64,000 nt of DNA from positions 128,001-192,000 of the forward strand of contig OY771587.1 in NCBI GenBank assembly GCA_963674825.1. The letters run 5' to 3'. The stretch comes from Candidatus Cloacimonadales bacterium (GTDB lineage: Bacteria > Cloacimonadota > Cloacimonadia > Cloacimonadales > JAIOQZ01). Positions 38,592 through 49,600 of this stretch are shown one piece after another. How positions within the stretch are numbered: the stretch's first letter is position 1; every line of letters begins with the position of its first letter. A model generated the notes under the pieces. That model did not search any database, was not told the DNA's origin, and saw only the letters and a program-made list of their open reading frames with translations. The position numbers and the translations under genes were made by a program.

Positions 38592-38632
38592 AAAAAAAAC
38601 GGAGTCACCGCCTGGCGACTCCGTTTTCTTTT
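38592..38632. terminator. bidirectional terminator between trxA and the TPR gene
   Basis: A-tract, CGGAGTC...GACTCCG, T-tract. Confidence 0.75.
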
Positions 38633-38642
38633 ATACCAATGT

Positions 38643-39476
38643 CTATTCGTCTTTATTGGTGAGCTGCTTCTTGAAGAAATCCACCGCCCGGTTGATCTCC
38701 GCGATGCCTCGATTGACTGAGCCGATGTAGTAGTTAACCGCAATCTCGGCCGGATCGCCGTCTTTCAGTCCATCGGGGATATCGATGCCGTAGGAGTATA
38801 GCATATCCTGGTCGCCGACCAGGCGCTTGCGCATCTCCAGCGCTCCACGGTGCTCGGGATCGAGCTTTAACACCTGATTGAAGCAAGCGAGCGACTTTTC
38901 CAGTTCCTTCACGCCGAGGTAGGACAATCCCAGATGGTACTGCACGGAGACGATGGAGGGATCTTCTTCCACGATTGCCTCGAAGCACTCGATCGCCTTC
39001 TTGTAATACCCAGCCGCCTTACTGGCGATTCCAAGCTGATAGTAGCCCAGCGTGGCGTTATCCTTTCGTCCCTGAAGCTTCTCGTAGGAAGCGATGCTCT
39101 TCTGAAGCCTGCCGGTGTGGTAGAAGGACAAACCGAGCCAGTAATGTGCCAGGTAGATTTCCGGGTTTAACTCAACGATCCGCTGGAAGATAGCGATCGC
39201 CTTATCGAATCGGGTTGAGCGGAAATAGCCGATACCCAGCCTATAGAGAGCCAGCACATCGTGCGGTTGCTTTTCGATAACGTACTCGTACAGCTTGTTC
39301 GCGTTCTGCATGTCGCCAACAATGTAGTAGAGATCGGCCAGACTGATTCGGATGTCGATACGATCGGGTTGGATTTCGAGGACCTTTTGATAGACCTCTA
39401 CCGCTTCGGATATCTTTCCTTCGATCTTCAATTGCAAGGCTTTTTCGAGAAGTTCGTTGATTTGGCTCATGGTCAT
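38643..39476 (-). CDS. tetratricopeptide repeat protein
   Basis: Six or more 34-aa TPR units (YRLGIGY, YWLGLSF, YQLGIAS, YHLGLSY). Confidence 0.9.
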   Translation of the reverse strand: MTMSQINELLEKALQLKIEGKISEAVEVYQKVLEIQPDRIDIRISLADLYYIVGDMQNANKLYEYVIEKQPHDVLALYRLGIGYFRSTRFDKAIAIFQRIVELNPEIYLAHYWLGLSFYHTGRLQKSIASYEKLQGRKDNATLGYYQLGIASKAAGYYKKAIECFEAIVEEDPSIVSVQYHLGLSYLGVKELEKSLACFNQVLKLDPEHRGALEMRKRLVGDQDMLYSYGIDIPDGLKDGDPAEIAVNYYIGSVNRGIAEINRAVDFFKKQLTNKDE

Positions 39477-39742
39477 CCGCCTTCCTTTTTATTATATAAT
39501 TTATGAAGCCTGATCAATCCTGTAAAGGAAAAAATATACGGGAAGGCAATATACGATCATCTCCGCGCAGCAGATTGGTTCGATCCCCAGCATTGCCGTG
39601 GTGTTTCGCGGCTTTATTTCCGTGTCCGGTAGTCAGGAAGCCGCGGTATATCCACGGCAAAAGGGGGATCGGGCGAAGATGCGTGCGGATGCCAATCTTT
39701 TCCATTGACGCATTCGGGCATCTCAGCAGGATGGTCATCAAG

Positions 39743-39814
39743 TATCAGGGGTGCTCGTAGCGGCTGAGATTAGACCCTAAGAACCTGATCCGGGTAATGC
39801 CGGCGTAGGGAGGT
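39743..39814 (+). ncRNA. TPP riboswitch (THI element)
   Basis: AGGGGTGC...GCTGAGA...ACCC..AGAACCTGATCCGGGTAATGCCGGCGTAGGGA; downstream TCCCCCCTT can pair with the AAGGGGGA RBS of thi4. Confidence 0.95.
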
Positions 39815-39883
39815 AAGCTACTGCATAATTTTTCTCCCCCCTTCGATCCAACCGACTCACGGGCAACCAAAAAAGGGGGAATC

Positions 39884-40657
39884 ATGGAACAACTGGTTTC
39901 ACAAGCAATTCTGGAAACCTTTTTCAAAAAGATGCGCGATGCGCTCAACATCGATGCTGCCATTGTTGGCGGCGGACCATCCGGACTCGTCTGCGCGGAA
40001 ACGCTCGCGAAAAACGGCAAGAAAGTCGCCCTGTTCGAGAAAAAACTTGCACCTGGTGGTGGCATGTGGGGCGGCGCGATGCTTTTCAACCAGATCGTCG
40101 TACAGCACGAAGCCATCCACATCCTGGACGAATATGGCATCTCCTACGAGAAGTATCAGGATGGCTACTACACCGCCGACTCCGTGGAAGCGACCGCAGC
40201 ACTTATCTACCACGCCAAAAAAGCCGGTGTGACAATCTTCAACGGCGTTGCGATCGAAGACGTCGTCTTCCTCAACGAGAAGGTCAGCGGACTGGTCATC
40301 AACTGGACTCCGGTAGCCCATCTGGGCATGCACGTCGATCCTATGGTGATCATGGCGAAAACCGTTCTGGACGGCACTGGTCACCCATGCGAGATTACCA
40401 GCATCCTGGCGAACAAGAACGGCGTCAAGCTGAACACCCCGACCGGCGGAGTTGCCGGCGAACGCTCGCTGGCCGTTGGTGAAGGCGAGAAAGCAACCGT
40501 CGAAAACACCCGCGAAGTATTCCCTGGACTGTTCGTAAGTGGCATGGCCGCAAACGGTGTTCATGGCGCATTCCGTATGGGCCCGATTTTCGGAGGCATG
40601 CTCCTTTCCGGTAAAAAAGCTGCCAAAATCATGGCGGAATCGATCGACAACCAATGA
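39884..40657 (+). CDS. thi4: sulfide-dependent adenosine diphosphate thiazole synthase (non-Cys Thi4)
   Basis: VGGGPSGL, GGGMWGG, HVDP, DGTGH, GMA, RMGPIFGGMLLSG. Confidence 0.93.
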   Translation: MEQLVSQAILETFFKKMRDALNIDAAIVGGGPSGLVCAETLAKNGKKVALFEKKLAPGGGMWGGAMLFNQIVVQHEAIHILDEYGISYEKYQDGYYTADSVEATAALIYHAKKAGVTIFNGVAIEDVVFLNEKVSGLVINWTPVAHLGMHVDPMVIMAKTVLDGTGHPCEITSILANKNGVKLNTPTGGVAGERSLAVGEGEKATVENTREVFPGLFVSGMAANGVHGAFRMGPIFGGMLLSGKKAAKIMAESIDNQ

Positions 40658-41271
40658 AAGACGTTGGATTCTACGCAATTATGACCGCACCGCGCGCCGG
40701 GCATCGCAAATTCGCCGAAGCCTGCGTGGAATGCGGCGTGAAAATCCTGCAACTGCGGGAGAAAAATCTGCCGTACCATGAGCTGCTCGCGATTGCGCAC
40801 GAGGTGAGAGCCATCACAAGCGGTACTGACACACTCTTCGTCATCAACGACCGACCGGACATCGCCACGCTGTGCAATGCTGACGGCCTGCATCTGGGTC
40901 AGGACGATATGGATATCGACGAAGCACGCAAACAGTTCAAGGGAATTATCGGGCTCTCCACCCATTCCATCGAACAGGCAAAGGATGCGCTCAAGCGAAA
41001 TCCAGACTACATCGGATTCGGACCCATCCACCCCACGCCAACCAAGGCCATCCCCGATCCCGCTGTGGGAACGGTGAACCTCGGCAAGGTGATGCAGTAC
41101 GCCGACGTTCCGGTTATCGCCATCGGCGGTTTATTCCCGGAGAATCTGTCCGACGTACTCGCAGCCGGCGCACGCAACATCGCGCTGGTTCGCTACTTGA
41201 TGGAAATGGAAGACCCGCGAGATCGTATCCGACAGATTCAGGAGATCATCGTAAATCACACAGAGAGGTAA
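40654..41271 (+). CDS. thiE: thiamine phosphate synthase
   Basis: LQLREK, INDRPD, GLHLGQDD, GLSTH, GPIHPTPTK, AIGG. Confidence 0.95.
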   Translation: MKDVGFYAIMTAPRAGHRKFAEACVECGVKILQLREKNLPYHELLAIAHEVRAITSGTDTLFVINDRPDIATLCNADGLHLGQDDMDIDEARKQFKGIIGLSTHSIEQAKDALKRNPDYIGFGPIHPTPTKAIPDPAVGTVNLGKVMQYADVPVIAIGGLFPENLSDVLAAGARNIALVRYLMEMEDPRDRIRQIQEIIVNHTER

Positions 41272-41274
41272 TCA

Positions 41275-42564
41275 ATGACACAAATAGAAAACGCACGAAA
41301 GGGCATCGTAACAGACGAGATGCGGCACATCGCATCCGAGGAACACCTCGATCCCGAATTCATCAGACAAGGTGTCGCCAACGGCACCATCGTTATCCCG
41401 AAAAACATCAACCACAAATTCCCTGCGCGTGGCGTAGGAAAAGGGCTTAAGACCAAGACCAATGCCAACATCGGCACTTCCGCGGATCACTGTAACCTCC
41501 GCGAAGAGATCGACAAGATACACATCGCCATCAAGCACGGCGTGGACAGTATCATGGATCTCTCGACCGCTGGGAAACTCGATTTCGCGCTCGAATCGAT
41601 GCTCGCTGCGTCCAGCGTGATGGTCGGCACAGTGCCAATCTACTCCGTCGTGGCCAAGCTGGCGCAAGACGGAAAAGACATCCTCGCTATGACCAGCGAC
41701 ATGCTCTTCGAGGAGATCGAAATGCAGGCAAAGATGGGGGTCGATTTCTTCACTGTCCACTGCGGCATTACCCGTCGCTCAATCTCGTTCTTCGATAACG
41801 ACCCGCGCATATTGGGCGTGGTGAGTCGAGGCGGTTCTCTGCTCAAGCGTTGGATGGTTTACCACGACCGTGAGAACCCGTTGTTCGAGGAATTCGACAG
41901 GCTGCTTGATATCTGCCGTAAATACGATGTTACGCTCAGTCTCGGCGACGGCTTCAGGCCCGGCGCACAGGCAGACGCGACCGATCGCGGTCAGATAGCC
42001 GAACTGCTCGTTCTGGGCGAGCTTGTCGATCGTGCCCGTGAAGGCGGCGTACAGGCGATGGTGGAAGGTCCTGGACACGTTCCGCTCAACGAAATCGTCA
42101 GCAACGTGCAGATCCAGAAGAAGATATGCAACGACGCGCCCTTCTACGTACTCGGACCACTGGCGACCGATATCGCCTCCGGGTACGACCACATCACCAG
42201 CGCCATCGGCGGAGCAATCGCAGCATCAGCCGGTGCGGATTTCCTCTGCTACGTCACACCGTCCGAACATCTCTGCCTCCCCACCGAGGACGATGTTCGC
42301 AAGGGTGTTATTGCAGCCCGTCTGGCAGGCCATTGCGCGGATATCGCCAAAGGTGTCAAAGGTGCGATCGAAAAGGATCACATCGTCTCAAAAGCCCGAC
42401 GTGAATTCGACTGGGAAACCATCTATAAATATTCGCTTGATCCCGAACTGGCACGCGACCGTAAGGAAAATTCCGAGAGTGGCGGAGAAGACCACTGCTC
42501 CATGTGCGGCGAGCTTTGCGCCGTTAAAACGGATCGTAAATCACAGGAAGAATCCAAGAAATGA
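41275..42564 (+). CDS. thiC: phosphomethylpyrimidine synthase
   Basis: NANIGTS, MDLST, GTVPIY, VSRGGS, SLGDGFRPG, EGPGHVP, CSMCGELC. Confidence 0.97.
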   Translation: MTQIENARKGIVTDEMRHIASEEHLDPEFIRQGVANGTIVIPKNINHKFPARGVGKGLKTKTNANIGTSADHCNLREEIDKIHIAIKHGVDSIMDLSTAGKLDFALESMLAASSVMVGTVPIYSVVAKLAQDGKDILAMTSDMLFEEIEMQAKMGVDFFTVHCGITRRSISFFDNDPRILGVVSRGGSLLKRWMVYHDRENPLFEEFDRLLDICRKYDVTLSLGDGFRPGAQADATDRGQIAELLVLGELVDRAREGGVQAMVEGPGHVPLNEIVSNVQIQKKICNDAPFYVLGPLATDIASGYDHITSAIGGAIAASAGADFLCYVTPSEHLCLPTEDDVRKGVIAARLAGHCADIAKGVKGAIEKDHIVSKARREFDWETIYKYSLDPELARDRKENSESGGEDHCSMCGELCAVKTDRKSQEESKK

Positions 42565-43298
42565 CTCCATACCTCCTGTCCATCGCAGCGAGCGATAGCT
42601 CGGGCGGAGCCGGTATCCAGCGCGACCTGCGTACCGCGATCGACTTCGATTGCTGGATGCTTAGTGCGGTAACCGGCGTAACGGTACAGGATTTCAAGGG
42701 ATTACATGGAATCGAACCCGTCTCGTCCGACATCATCCAGCGACAGATCGATAAATCGCTCCACAGCTTCGACGTCAAGGCTGTAAAGATCGGCGCAATC
42801 TGCTCCAGCGAGTCTTTCGCCGCTATTGCACGGTCACTTCGCAACGCGAAGAACATCGTTGTGGATCCTGTCATTGCGCCGACGGTCGGCAAGGCTTTCG
42901 TGGAAGACGCAGCGATCGAGCTGTATCAGCCACTGCTTGAGATCGCACGATTGATCACTCCGAATCGCAATGAATTGGAAACCATCTGTGGCAGAAAGAT
43001 CACCGATTACAGTCAAGCGACTGACGCAGCGACTGAGCTGAACAAGCGCTTCGGTTGTAGCGTTCTGATCAAAGGTGGCCACTTCGAAGGCGAAGACTTA
43101 CGTGACGTGCTGATCGATGAGGGACGGGAAATCCATATTGGCAAGAAACGACACAACTGGCACTATTCCCACGGAACAGGCTGCACGCTATCCACGGCGA
43201 TTGCAGCCTGTCTCGCGCGGGGCATGAATCTCCCTGATGCGGTCAAAGCGGCTTCGCTCTACCTGGAAAAGGAATACGAGCGATTGAATCGGAAGTGA
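42561..43298 (+). CDS. thiD: hydroxymethylpyrimidine/phosphomethylpyrimidine kinase
   Basis: DSSGGAGIQRD, VVDPV, ITPN, IKGGH, HGTGCTLS. Confidence 0.95.
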   Translation: MTPYLLSIAASDSSGGAGIQRDLRTAIDFDCWMLSAVTGVTVQDFKGLHGIEPVSSDIIQRQIDKSLHSFDVKAVKIGAICSSESFAAIARSLRNAKNIVVDPVIAPTVGKAFVEDAAIELYQPLLEIARLITPNRNELETICGRKITDYSQATDAATELNKRFGCSVLIKGGHFEGEDLRDVLIDEGREIHIGKKRHNWHYSHGTGCTLSTAIAACLARGMNLPDAVKAASLYLEKEYERLNRK

Positions 43299-43322
43299 GT
43301 TCTTTATTACTAAAGGCGCAGG

Positions 43323-44204
43323 CTACCAGCAGCTCTTGAGAAAGGTATCGACGTGCTCCACAAAGCGCGGGAAATCGCTGTAAACAGGGCCTGTTTCGCC
43401 TCCGTGCGTCGCACCGGGGACGACCCACAACTCCTTCTCTCCAGTCAGCAAACCAAAGATCTTCTCGCTCATCCAGACCGGTGTAACTTCGTCGTTCTCT
43501 CCGACAATCAGCATCACGGGACGCTTGAATTCCGGGGCGATATTAACAGGAAGGAGCTCATCGGGATAGCCTTCCGGAGCCGTCAGATCGCGATCCGGCT
43601 TCTTGGCTCTGAGAATGGGCAGGACATCGTCGAAGCTTGTCAATAGCGCTCGCAGTACGCAAGCAGTTACTCGCTCGTCCCGCACCGCAGCAGCGAATGA
43701 CAGGTACGCGCCTGTAGAGCCGCCGTATACAGCAACTTTCTTCGGATCCACTTCCGGCTGCTCGAATACCGCATCCAGTACCGCCATGTAATCTTCGATG
43801 TACTCACTGTACGATAGGTGATCTCGGTCGGTGGACCAGTCATCGCTTTCACCGAATCCACGCCAGTCAAACAGCACGACATTATAGCCCATTGGGCAGA
43901 ACGGAACCACGAAGTTGATTTGATTCGCCATATTACCGGCATCGCCGTTGGCAATGACGATCGTGGGATTGGGCTCGATGTTTGCGATGTACCCTTTTCC
44001 AGCTATCTCCCATGTCTCAGGGGTTGGCATCTGCTGCGGAGGGAAGAACCAGCATGCGATATGCAAGCTGTCCGATGTCACGACGTCGAGTTCCTTATAG
44101 AATAGACGCAATCCTTTCGGGTGTCTTTCGTATTCGCGTGTTGGCAGCAGCGAGAAAAGGGTCGCGGCTGATGCTATAATGATGAGAACAAGAATTTTCC
44201 GCAT
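43323..44204 (-). CDS. secreted alpha/beta hydrolase
   Basis: Signal peptide; FDWRGFGES, GGSTG nucleophile elbow, GENDEVTP, GATH. Confidence 0.85.
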   Translation of the reverse strand: MRKILVLIIIASAATLFSLLPTREYERHPKGLRLFYKELDVVTSDSLHIACWFFPPQQMPTPETWEIAGKGYIANIEPNPTIVIANGDAGNMANQINFVVPFCPMGYNVVLFDWRGFGESDDWSTDRDHLSYSEYIEDYMAVLDAVFEQPEVDPKKVAVYGGSTGAYLSFAAAVRDERVTACVLRALLTSFDDVLPILRAKKPDRDLTAPEGYPDELLPVNIAPEFKRPVMLIVGENDEVTPVWMSEKIFGLLTGEKELWVVPGATHGGETGPVYSDFPRFVEHVDTFLKSCW

Positions 44205-44324
44205 AGTCCTTCCTTTCTGGAATTGGGCAAGTTTGGAATCATGAATTTTAATGTCAATTTCGAAATAATCCGCAGGAAAGTACAAGCCGAAGTGTCTTAA
44301 GTGCAAAAGGAACAGGAGGAGAAC

Positions 44325-44843
44325 ATGACACGAATCGTCATCCTGATAACGAGCCTGCTGGCACTATCCAGCCTAGCATTACTCGCACAACCCGCGGACT
44401 TCGAGAGGGGAAGAGGTTCTGGACAGATGTCTTTCAAAAACACAGAAACAATAGAGAAAGTCGGCCTTATCCAGGGTGTTGTCACCGAGACACCGGAACA
44501 ACCCGGCATGATGCGAAACGAATCGAATGATACACGGCGAGGCGGATCCGGTAGAGGACAATTCCAGCCGGAAGAGCATATGTTTGTTAAACTTTATTCC
44601 GGAGAGAGCGTCGATATCGGTACCGAATCCTATTGGAAGTCGAAAAAGCTGAATCTCGAAACAAACAAAGCCATCAAATTTCAGGTGATCCAGCGTGGAG
44701 AATCCGAGGATTACATGGCAGTCAACATGGAATATGAGAATGTCGAATACAAGCTTCTCGACGACAACGGACGCCCAGTCTGGATGAAAGCGATGTCCGG
44801 AATGGGTGGACGCGGAGACGGACCACCCTCGAGACGGAATTAA
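44325..44843 (+). CDS. hypothetical secreted protein (OB-fold-like, Gly/Arg-rich segments)
   Basis: AGGAGG RBS, signal peptide, LLDDNGRPVW C-terminal motif. Confidence 0.65.
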   Translation: MTRIVILITSLLALSSLALLAQPADFERGRGSGQMSFKNTETIEKVGLIQGVVTETPEQPGMMRNESNDTRRGGSGRGQFQPEEHMFVKLYSGESVDIGTESYWKSKKLNLETNKAIKFQVIQRGESEDYMAVNMEYENVEYKLLDDNGRPVWMKAMSGMGGRGDGPPSRRN

Positions 44844-44969
44844 TACGATCAACTGCGAAGTGTTGTCCTCATGGCGCTTCATGCGGGTAATCGTTGATCC
44901 AGGCAGTTCCTGGTGTGCGTCAAGTGCTTAGTAATATCGATGCCGGGGATTGCTCCATACATCTCATAT

Positions 44970-45003
44970 AACCTCCTTCGGACATGACCGGGGGAGGTTT
45001 TTT
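44970..45003 (+). terminator. rho-independent terminator
   Basis: AACCTCCTTCGG...CCGGGGGAGGTT followed by T-tract. Confidence 0.65.
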
Positions 45004-45053
45004 GTGTAGCAGTTGAGATGAGGTTCGAGTATCTTATTCTTGAGGTGAATCTT

Positions 45054-45503
45054 ATGAAAGACGTACTTTCCCTTATGATTCAATTGGAAGAGGACGTATC
45101 GGAGTTTTATGAGAAACTATCCCGCATCGAGAAGCTGGAAGCATATCATAAAATCTTTTCCTACATGAGCAAGCACTCACTCGAGCATAGTAGAGAAATA
45201 CGTGAGGTTGCTGATCATTTCACCGATGCTCCCCTCAATATGCATAAATACATGGCCTTACAGGACAAACTCAAACAGAATCTCCTGAAACAGATGAAAG
45301 ATATTCAGGATGTCGAGCGACTGGGCGAGATGTTGGGTGAATCGGAAGGAATCATGGGCTATGCATACGATCAGATCGCCGGTCACATGGAAGTGAGAGG
45401 AAATCAGATTCTGAACGCCGCCAAAATGATCCGAAAAATCGCCGCCGAAGAGAGGCAGCACAAGAAACAAGTGCTCGATATGGGCCACGCGTTCGTGAAA
45501 TGA
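45054..45503 (+). CDS. ferritin-like/rubrerythrin-like four-helix protein
   Basis: LEEDVSEFYEKL...HSLEH and IAAEERQH motifs. Confidence 0.65.
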   Translation: MKDVLSLMIQLEEDVSEFYEKLSRIEKLEAYHKIFSYMSKHSLEHSREIREVADHFTDAPLNMHKYMALQDKLKQNLLKQMKDIQDVERLGEMLGESEGIMGYAYDQIAGHMEVRGNQILNAAKMIRKIAAEERQHKKQVLDMGHAFVK

Positions 45504-45507
45504 TCCC

Positions 45508-46062
45508 CTATTGCATCGCGTACTCGACCATCACATAAACGGTTTCACCATCGCTGGTCATCGAAAGGCCAATTAACGTCTTGGGTGTTTCCCAATAACT
45601 CGAGACTGCCAGATCCTGATTATCAAGTGCTTCTGGCCAGTTCTCCGGTTTATGATATCGCTCCGTAGATGATGACACATCGTCAATATCCGGTTCGCCA
45701 TAACGTGTTATCAGCTGTTTTTTAATATCATTGAAAGCCTTGATGTAATTGCTGACATCGGGATTTTCCTCATAAACGAAAAACGATCCCTGGATAAGCT
45801 TGTCATCCTCGAAAAGGTAATAGATAGCTACCGTATGCCCGAACGCACTACCGATATAATATAAAGAACCCTCTTCGCTTTCCGCAAGGGCAGCTTCTTC
45901 GCTCAGGATCACCATTTCCTGCGTATCTCCCCAGTTCACCAGTCTGAAATCACAACCCGTTTCCTGTTCGAAGTTCCGGCCTATTGATACATCGTCCTCA
46001 GCTTGTGCACAGAGAGAGAGGGTAAATACAAGAAAGAATAGTGCAATAACACGTGTTTTCAT
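45508..46062 (-). CDS. hypothetical secreted protein
   Basis: GGAGG RBS, signal peptide, FRLVNWGDT, LITRYGEP. Confidence 0.75.
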   Translation of the reverse strand: MKTRVIALFFLVFTLSLCAQAEDDVSIGRNFEQETGCDFRLVNWGDTQEMVILSEEAALAESEEGSLYYIGSAFGHTVAIYYLFEDDKLIQGSFFVYEENPDVSNYIKAFNDIKKQLITRYGEPDIDDVSSSTERYHKPENWPEALDNQDLAVSSYWETPKTLIGLSMTSDGETVYVMVEYAMQ

Positions 46063-46210
46063 GAATCCTCCATTTCAAATAAACCCGGTTCAGCACGAAA
46101 CTTGTATGGCGTTGGAATCGCTGTCAATATGTTTATCGTGTCGGCTTGTTCGAAAATTTCCTTGCAAGGAATTGCACATCCCGAGTAAGTTAGAGAAAAG
46201 GAGTACAATC

Positions 46211-46687
46211 ATGGGAATACCAGTAAAAGATACACAAGCGCCTGCGTTCGCGCTCAAAAATCAGGACGATAAAGAAGTGAAGATAGAGGATTTCCGTGGC
46301 AAGTGGGTGGTGCTCTACTTCTATCCGAAGGATAACACCTCCGGCTGCACACTGGAGGCAAAGGATTTCACCTGCATGGTAGGAGAATTCGAAAAACTCG
46401 ACGCCGTCATCCTCGGGGTTAGTCCCGATTCAATATCCAGCCACCAGAAATTCATCGCCAAGCAGGAGTTAAACCTCGACCTGCTCAGCGACCCGGACAA
46501 AGTCGTACTGGAAGCTTACGGAGCATGGCGCATGAAAAAGAACTATGGCCGTGAATATATGGGCGTCGTGCGCTCGACCTTCCTTATCGACCCGAAAGGA
46601 ATCATCCGTCAGGTCTGGGACAACGTCCGCGCCAAAGGCCACGCCGAGAAAGTACTGCAAACCCTGAAAGAGCTTCAAGCCTCATAA
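46211..46687 (+). CDS. bcp: peroxiredoxin (BCP/PrxQ)
   Basis: VVLYFYPKDNTSGCTLEA, GVSPDS, RSTFLID. Confidence 0.95.
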   Translation: MGIPVKDTQAPAFALKNQDDKEVKIEDFRGKWVVLYFYPKDNTSGCTLEAKDFTCMVGEFEKLDAVILGVSPDSISSHQKFIAKQELNLDLLSDPDKVVLEAYGAWRMKKNYGREYMGVVRSTFLIDPKGIIRQVWDNVRAKGHAEKVLQTLKELQAS

Positions 46688-46695
46688 GGACAATC

Positions 46696-49600
46696 ATGGG
46701 AGGAATGATGAAAAGTGGATTTATACTGTTAATGATTCTATTCACGACCCTGCTGGCTGCGTATCCGTCCAACCAGCCCTACGCCTCGTACTGGCATCCG
46801 AATACGCTGCTGAACTGGACACCGGAAGGCGATCCCGACGCACCATATAACCGTTGTATCGTTCCGCTTCAGGATCGGACCATCGATCCCGATCACATCG
46901 TGAATCCCAACGCACGTCCCAACGAAGGCCGGGTAGCGAACCTCTACATCAGCGCCGGTACCAGCAACAATCCATCGCAGGGCTGGACACAGATCGAAGG
47001 ACCCGCTTTTCATTTCTGGCAGTACATCGATCTGTTCGTCTTCTGGGGTGGTTCAGCCGGTGAAGGGCTCATTCTCGCTCCCACCACGGATATTATTGCC
47101 GCAGCGCACCGTAATGGCGTTCCCATCCTCGGAACCATCTTCTTCCCACCCACCGCTTATGGTGGACAAATCCAGTGGGTGAACGACCTCCTCCAAACCG
47201 ACGGCGGAACCTTCTCCGTTGCGGACAAGCTTATCGAAGTCTGTGAATATTACGGCTTCGACGGATGGTTTATCAACCAGGAAACCGCCGGTGGAAACGC
47301 TTCTACAGCCACATCCATGCGCGATTTCATGATCTATTTTCAGCAGAATTCCGATCTCGAACTGATGTGGTATGACGCCATGACCGAGTCGGGATCCGTA
47401 TCATGGCAGGAACAGCTCAACGGCAATAACGACATGTTCTTCCAGTACGACGGGCAGCTTGTTTCAGAGACAATGTTCCTCGATTTCGGCTGGAACGCCA
47501 ACGACCTCATCACATCGCAGAATAACGCAGACGCTCTCGGAAGAAGCGTTTATGACCTCTACGCCGGTGTCGATGTGCAGGCAAACGGATACAACACATC
47601 CCTCGGATGGGCGAACCTCTTTCCCGACGACGAACCGCACCGGGCCTCGCTCGGATTTTACTGCCCGAGTTGGTGCTATGAGAGCTCTTCCAACGTGCAA
47701 GATTATTTCGAGCGCGCAAACCGCTTCTGGGTCGGCGCAAACCGCAATCCCGCCAATACCGAGACGACATCCAACTGGAAAGGCGTCGCGAACTATATCC
47801 CCGCCTCCACAGCCATTACCGAGCTTCCGTTCGTAACCAATTTCAACACCGGAATGGGCGATGGTTGGGCATTAGACGGTGAAGACGTCTCCAATAGAGA
47901 ATGGTACAACCGCAGTCTGCAAGATATCCTCCCCACCTGGCAATGGATTGTCGAAGGTAACGGAGAGACACTTTACCCGCAATTCATCTTCACCGATGGA
48001 TATCAGGGGAGCAATTGCCTCTGGATCTCGGGTACTTCCAGCATCGAAAACCGCCTGCGCCTGTATCGCACGGCTCTGCCAATTCAATCAGACACACACA
48101 TCGATATCACCTGGCGATATCCAGCAATGGGCGAAACCAGCATGAGCATCGGCCTAACCTTCGCAGATCAGATGGATTCACCTATCGATCTACCCATCGG
48201 TTCCGCACCGAATAACGACTGGCAGACGACTGGCTTCGATCTCGGAAGCTACGCCGGTCGAACCCTGGCGGAGATATCATTCTGCTTCGGTGACGTGAAT
48301 ACCTACCACATGTATATCGGCCAGATTCGCATCTATAACGGCGAGATCTCGCAACCCGCCGCACCCACCAATGTCGTGATCGACAGCAAGGCGGAAGACG
48401 AGCTCGATGAAGCCTCCATCCGGGTGAGTTGGGTCGGTTCGACCGACGATGTTCAAACCTATCACGTATATCGCATCAAGCCGGACGGCAACCGCCAATT
48501 CCTTTGGGGCTGCTGCTCGGATGCCTGCTTCCTGCCCGAGATCAATCGCCTTGGCGACGAGCTTCACACCACGCTGGAAGTCTATGCCATCGGAAAAGAC
48601 GGAGGCCGTTCCGAACCAGCGACCGTGCAATTCGACTGGAACGCCGGGCTCCCACCGGAGCAAGCTTCCACCCCCAATCCCGCTAATGGCGACACGACCG
48701 CGTTCACCAATTGCCTGCTGCTGTGGGGCCCATCACCGAACGCAGATTCATACGATGTCTATTTCGGTACTTCCGAAGAGATGGTGCAGGTAGTAAACAC
48801 CGCAAACGCTTACTACGAGCCGCAAAACGAACTCGATCCGAACACACAGTACTACTGGCGCGTCGATCCGGTGAACGAACAAGCCACGACACTCGGCGAG
48901 ACCTGGACTTTCACCACTACCGAGGGCAACCTGGGCATCTTCACCAACCATGCCGACATCGGTGATGTTTCCACGCCGGGAAGCGTATCCTATCTTGATG
49001 GAGTCTATACGGTTACGGCGTCAGGCAGCGACATCTGGAATTCGTCCGACGAGTTCCACTACGTTTTCAAGAAATTCAGGGGCGACACGCAGTTCAACAT
49101 CCGCTGCACCTCGGTAGAGAGCGAAGACGACTGGACTAAAGCCGGCATCATGATGCGCACCGACTGGAGCGATCCCGGTTCGGCGTTCGCCATCGCGATG
49201 CAGATCACTGACAACCACGTGACCCTGCAATACCGCACCGAGGACGGAGAAAGCGCGTCCTGGATCGGCTACACGACGGGCGGAACCAGCGGCCCGAAAT
49301 GGCTGTACTTGCGCCGTATCGGCAATAATATCCGAGCTTACTACTCGGAGGGTGAAGATCCCGTACCGTTCGATGAGCTGATCCTGATGGGTGATATCGA
49401 CATCCCCGGGATGGACTATGAGGCATACGCCGGTATCGCGCTTAACGCACACGACGACTCCATCGTCGCGGAAGCGGTGTTCGACAATGTAACCATCGCC
49501 GAGGATATCGCCAACGACCCCGATGCACCGGTGTACGAAGATCAACTGCTGCAAAACTACCCGAATCCGTTCAACCCCGAAACATCGATCGAATTCGAGC

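Noticed and set aside
44845..44970. Small peptide ORF or sRNA after the 44325 gene
   Set aside because: Only very short frames and no recognisable RNA motif; the apparent GGAGG is part of the terminator stem.
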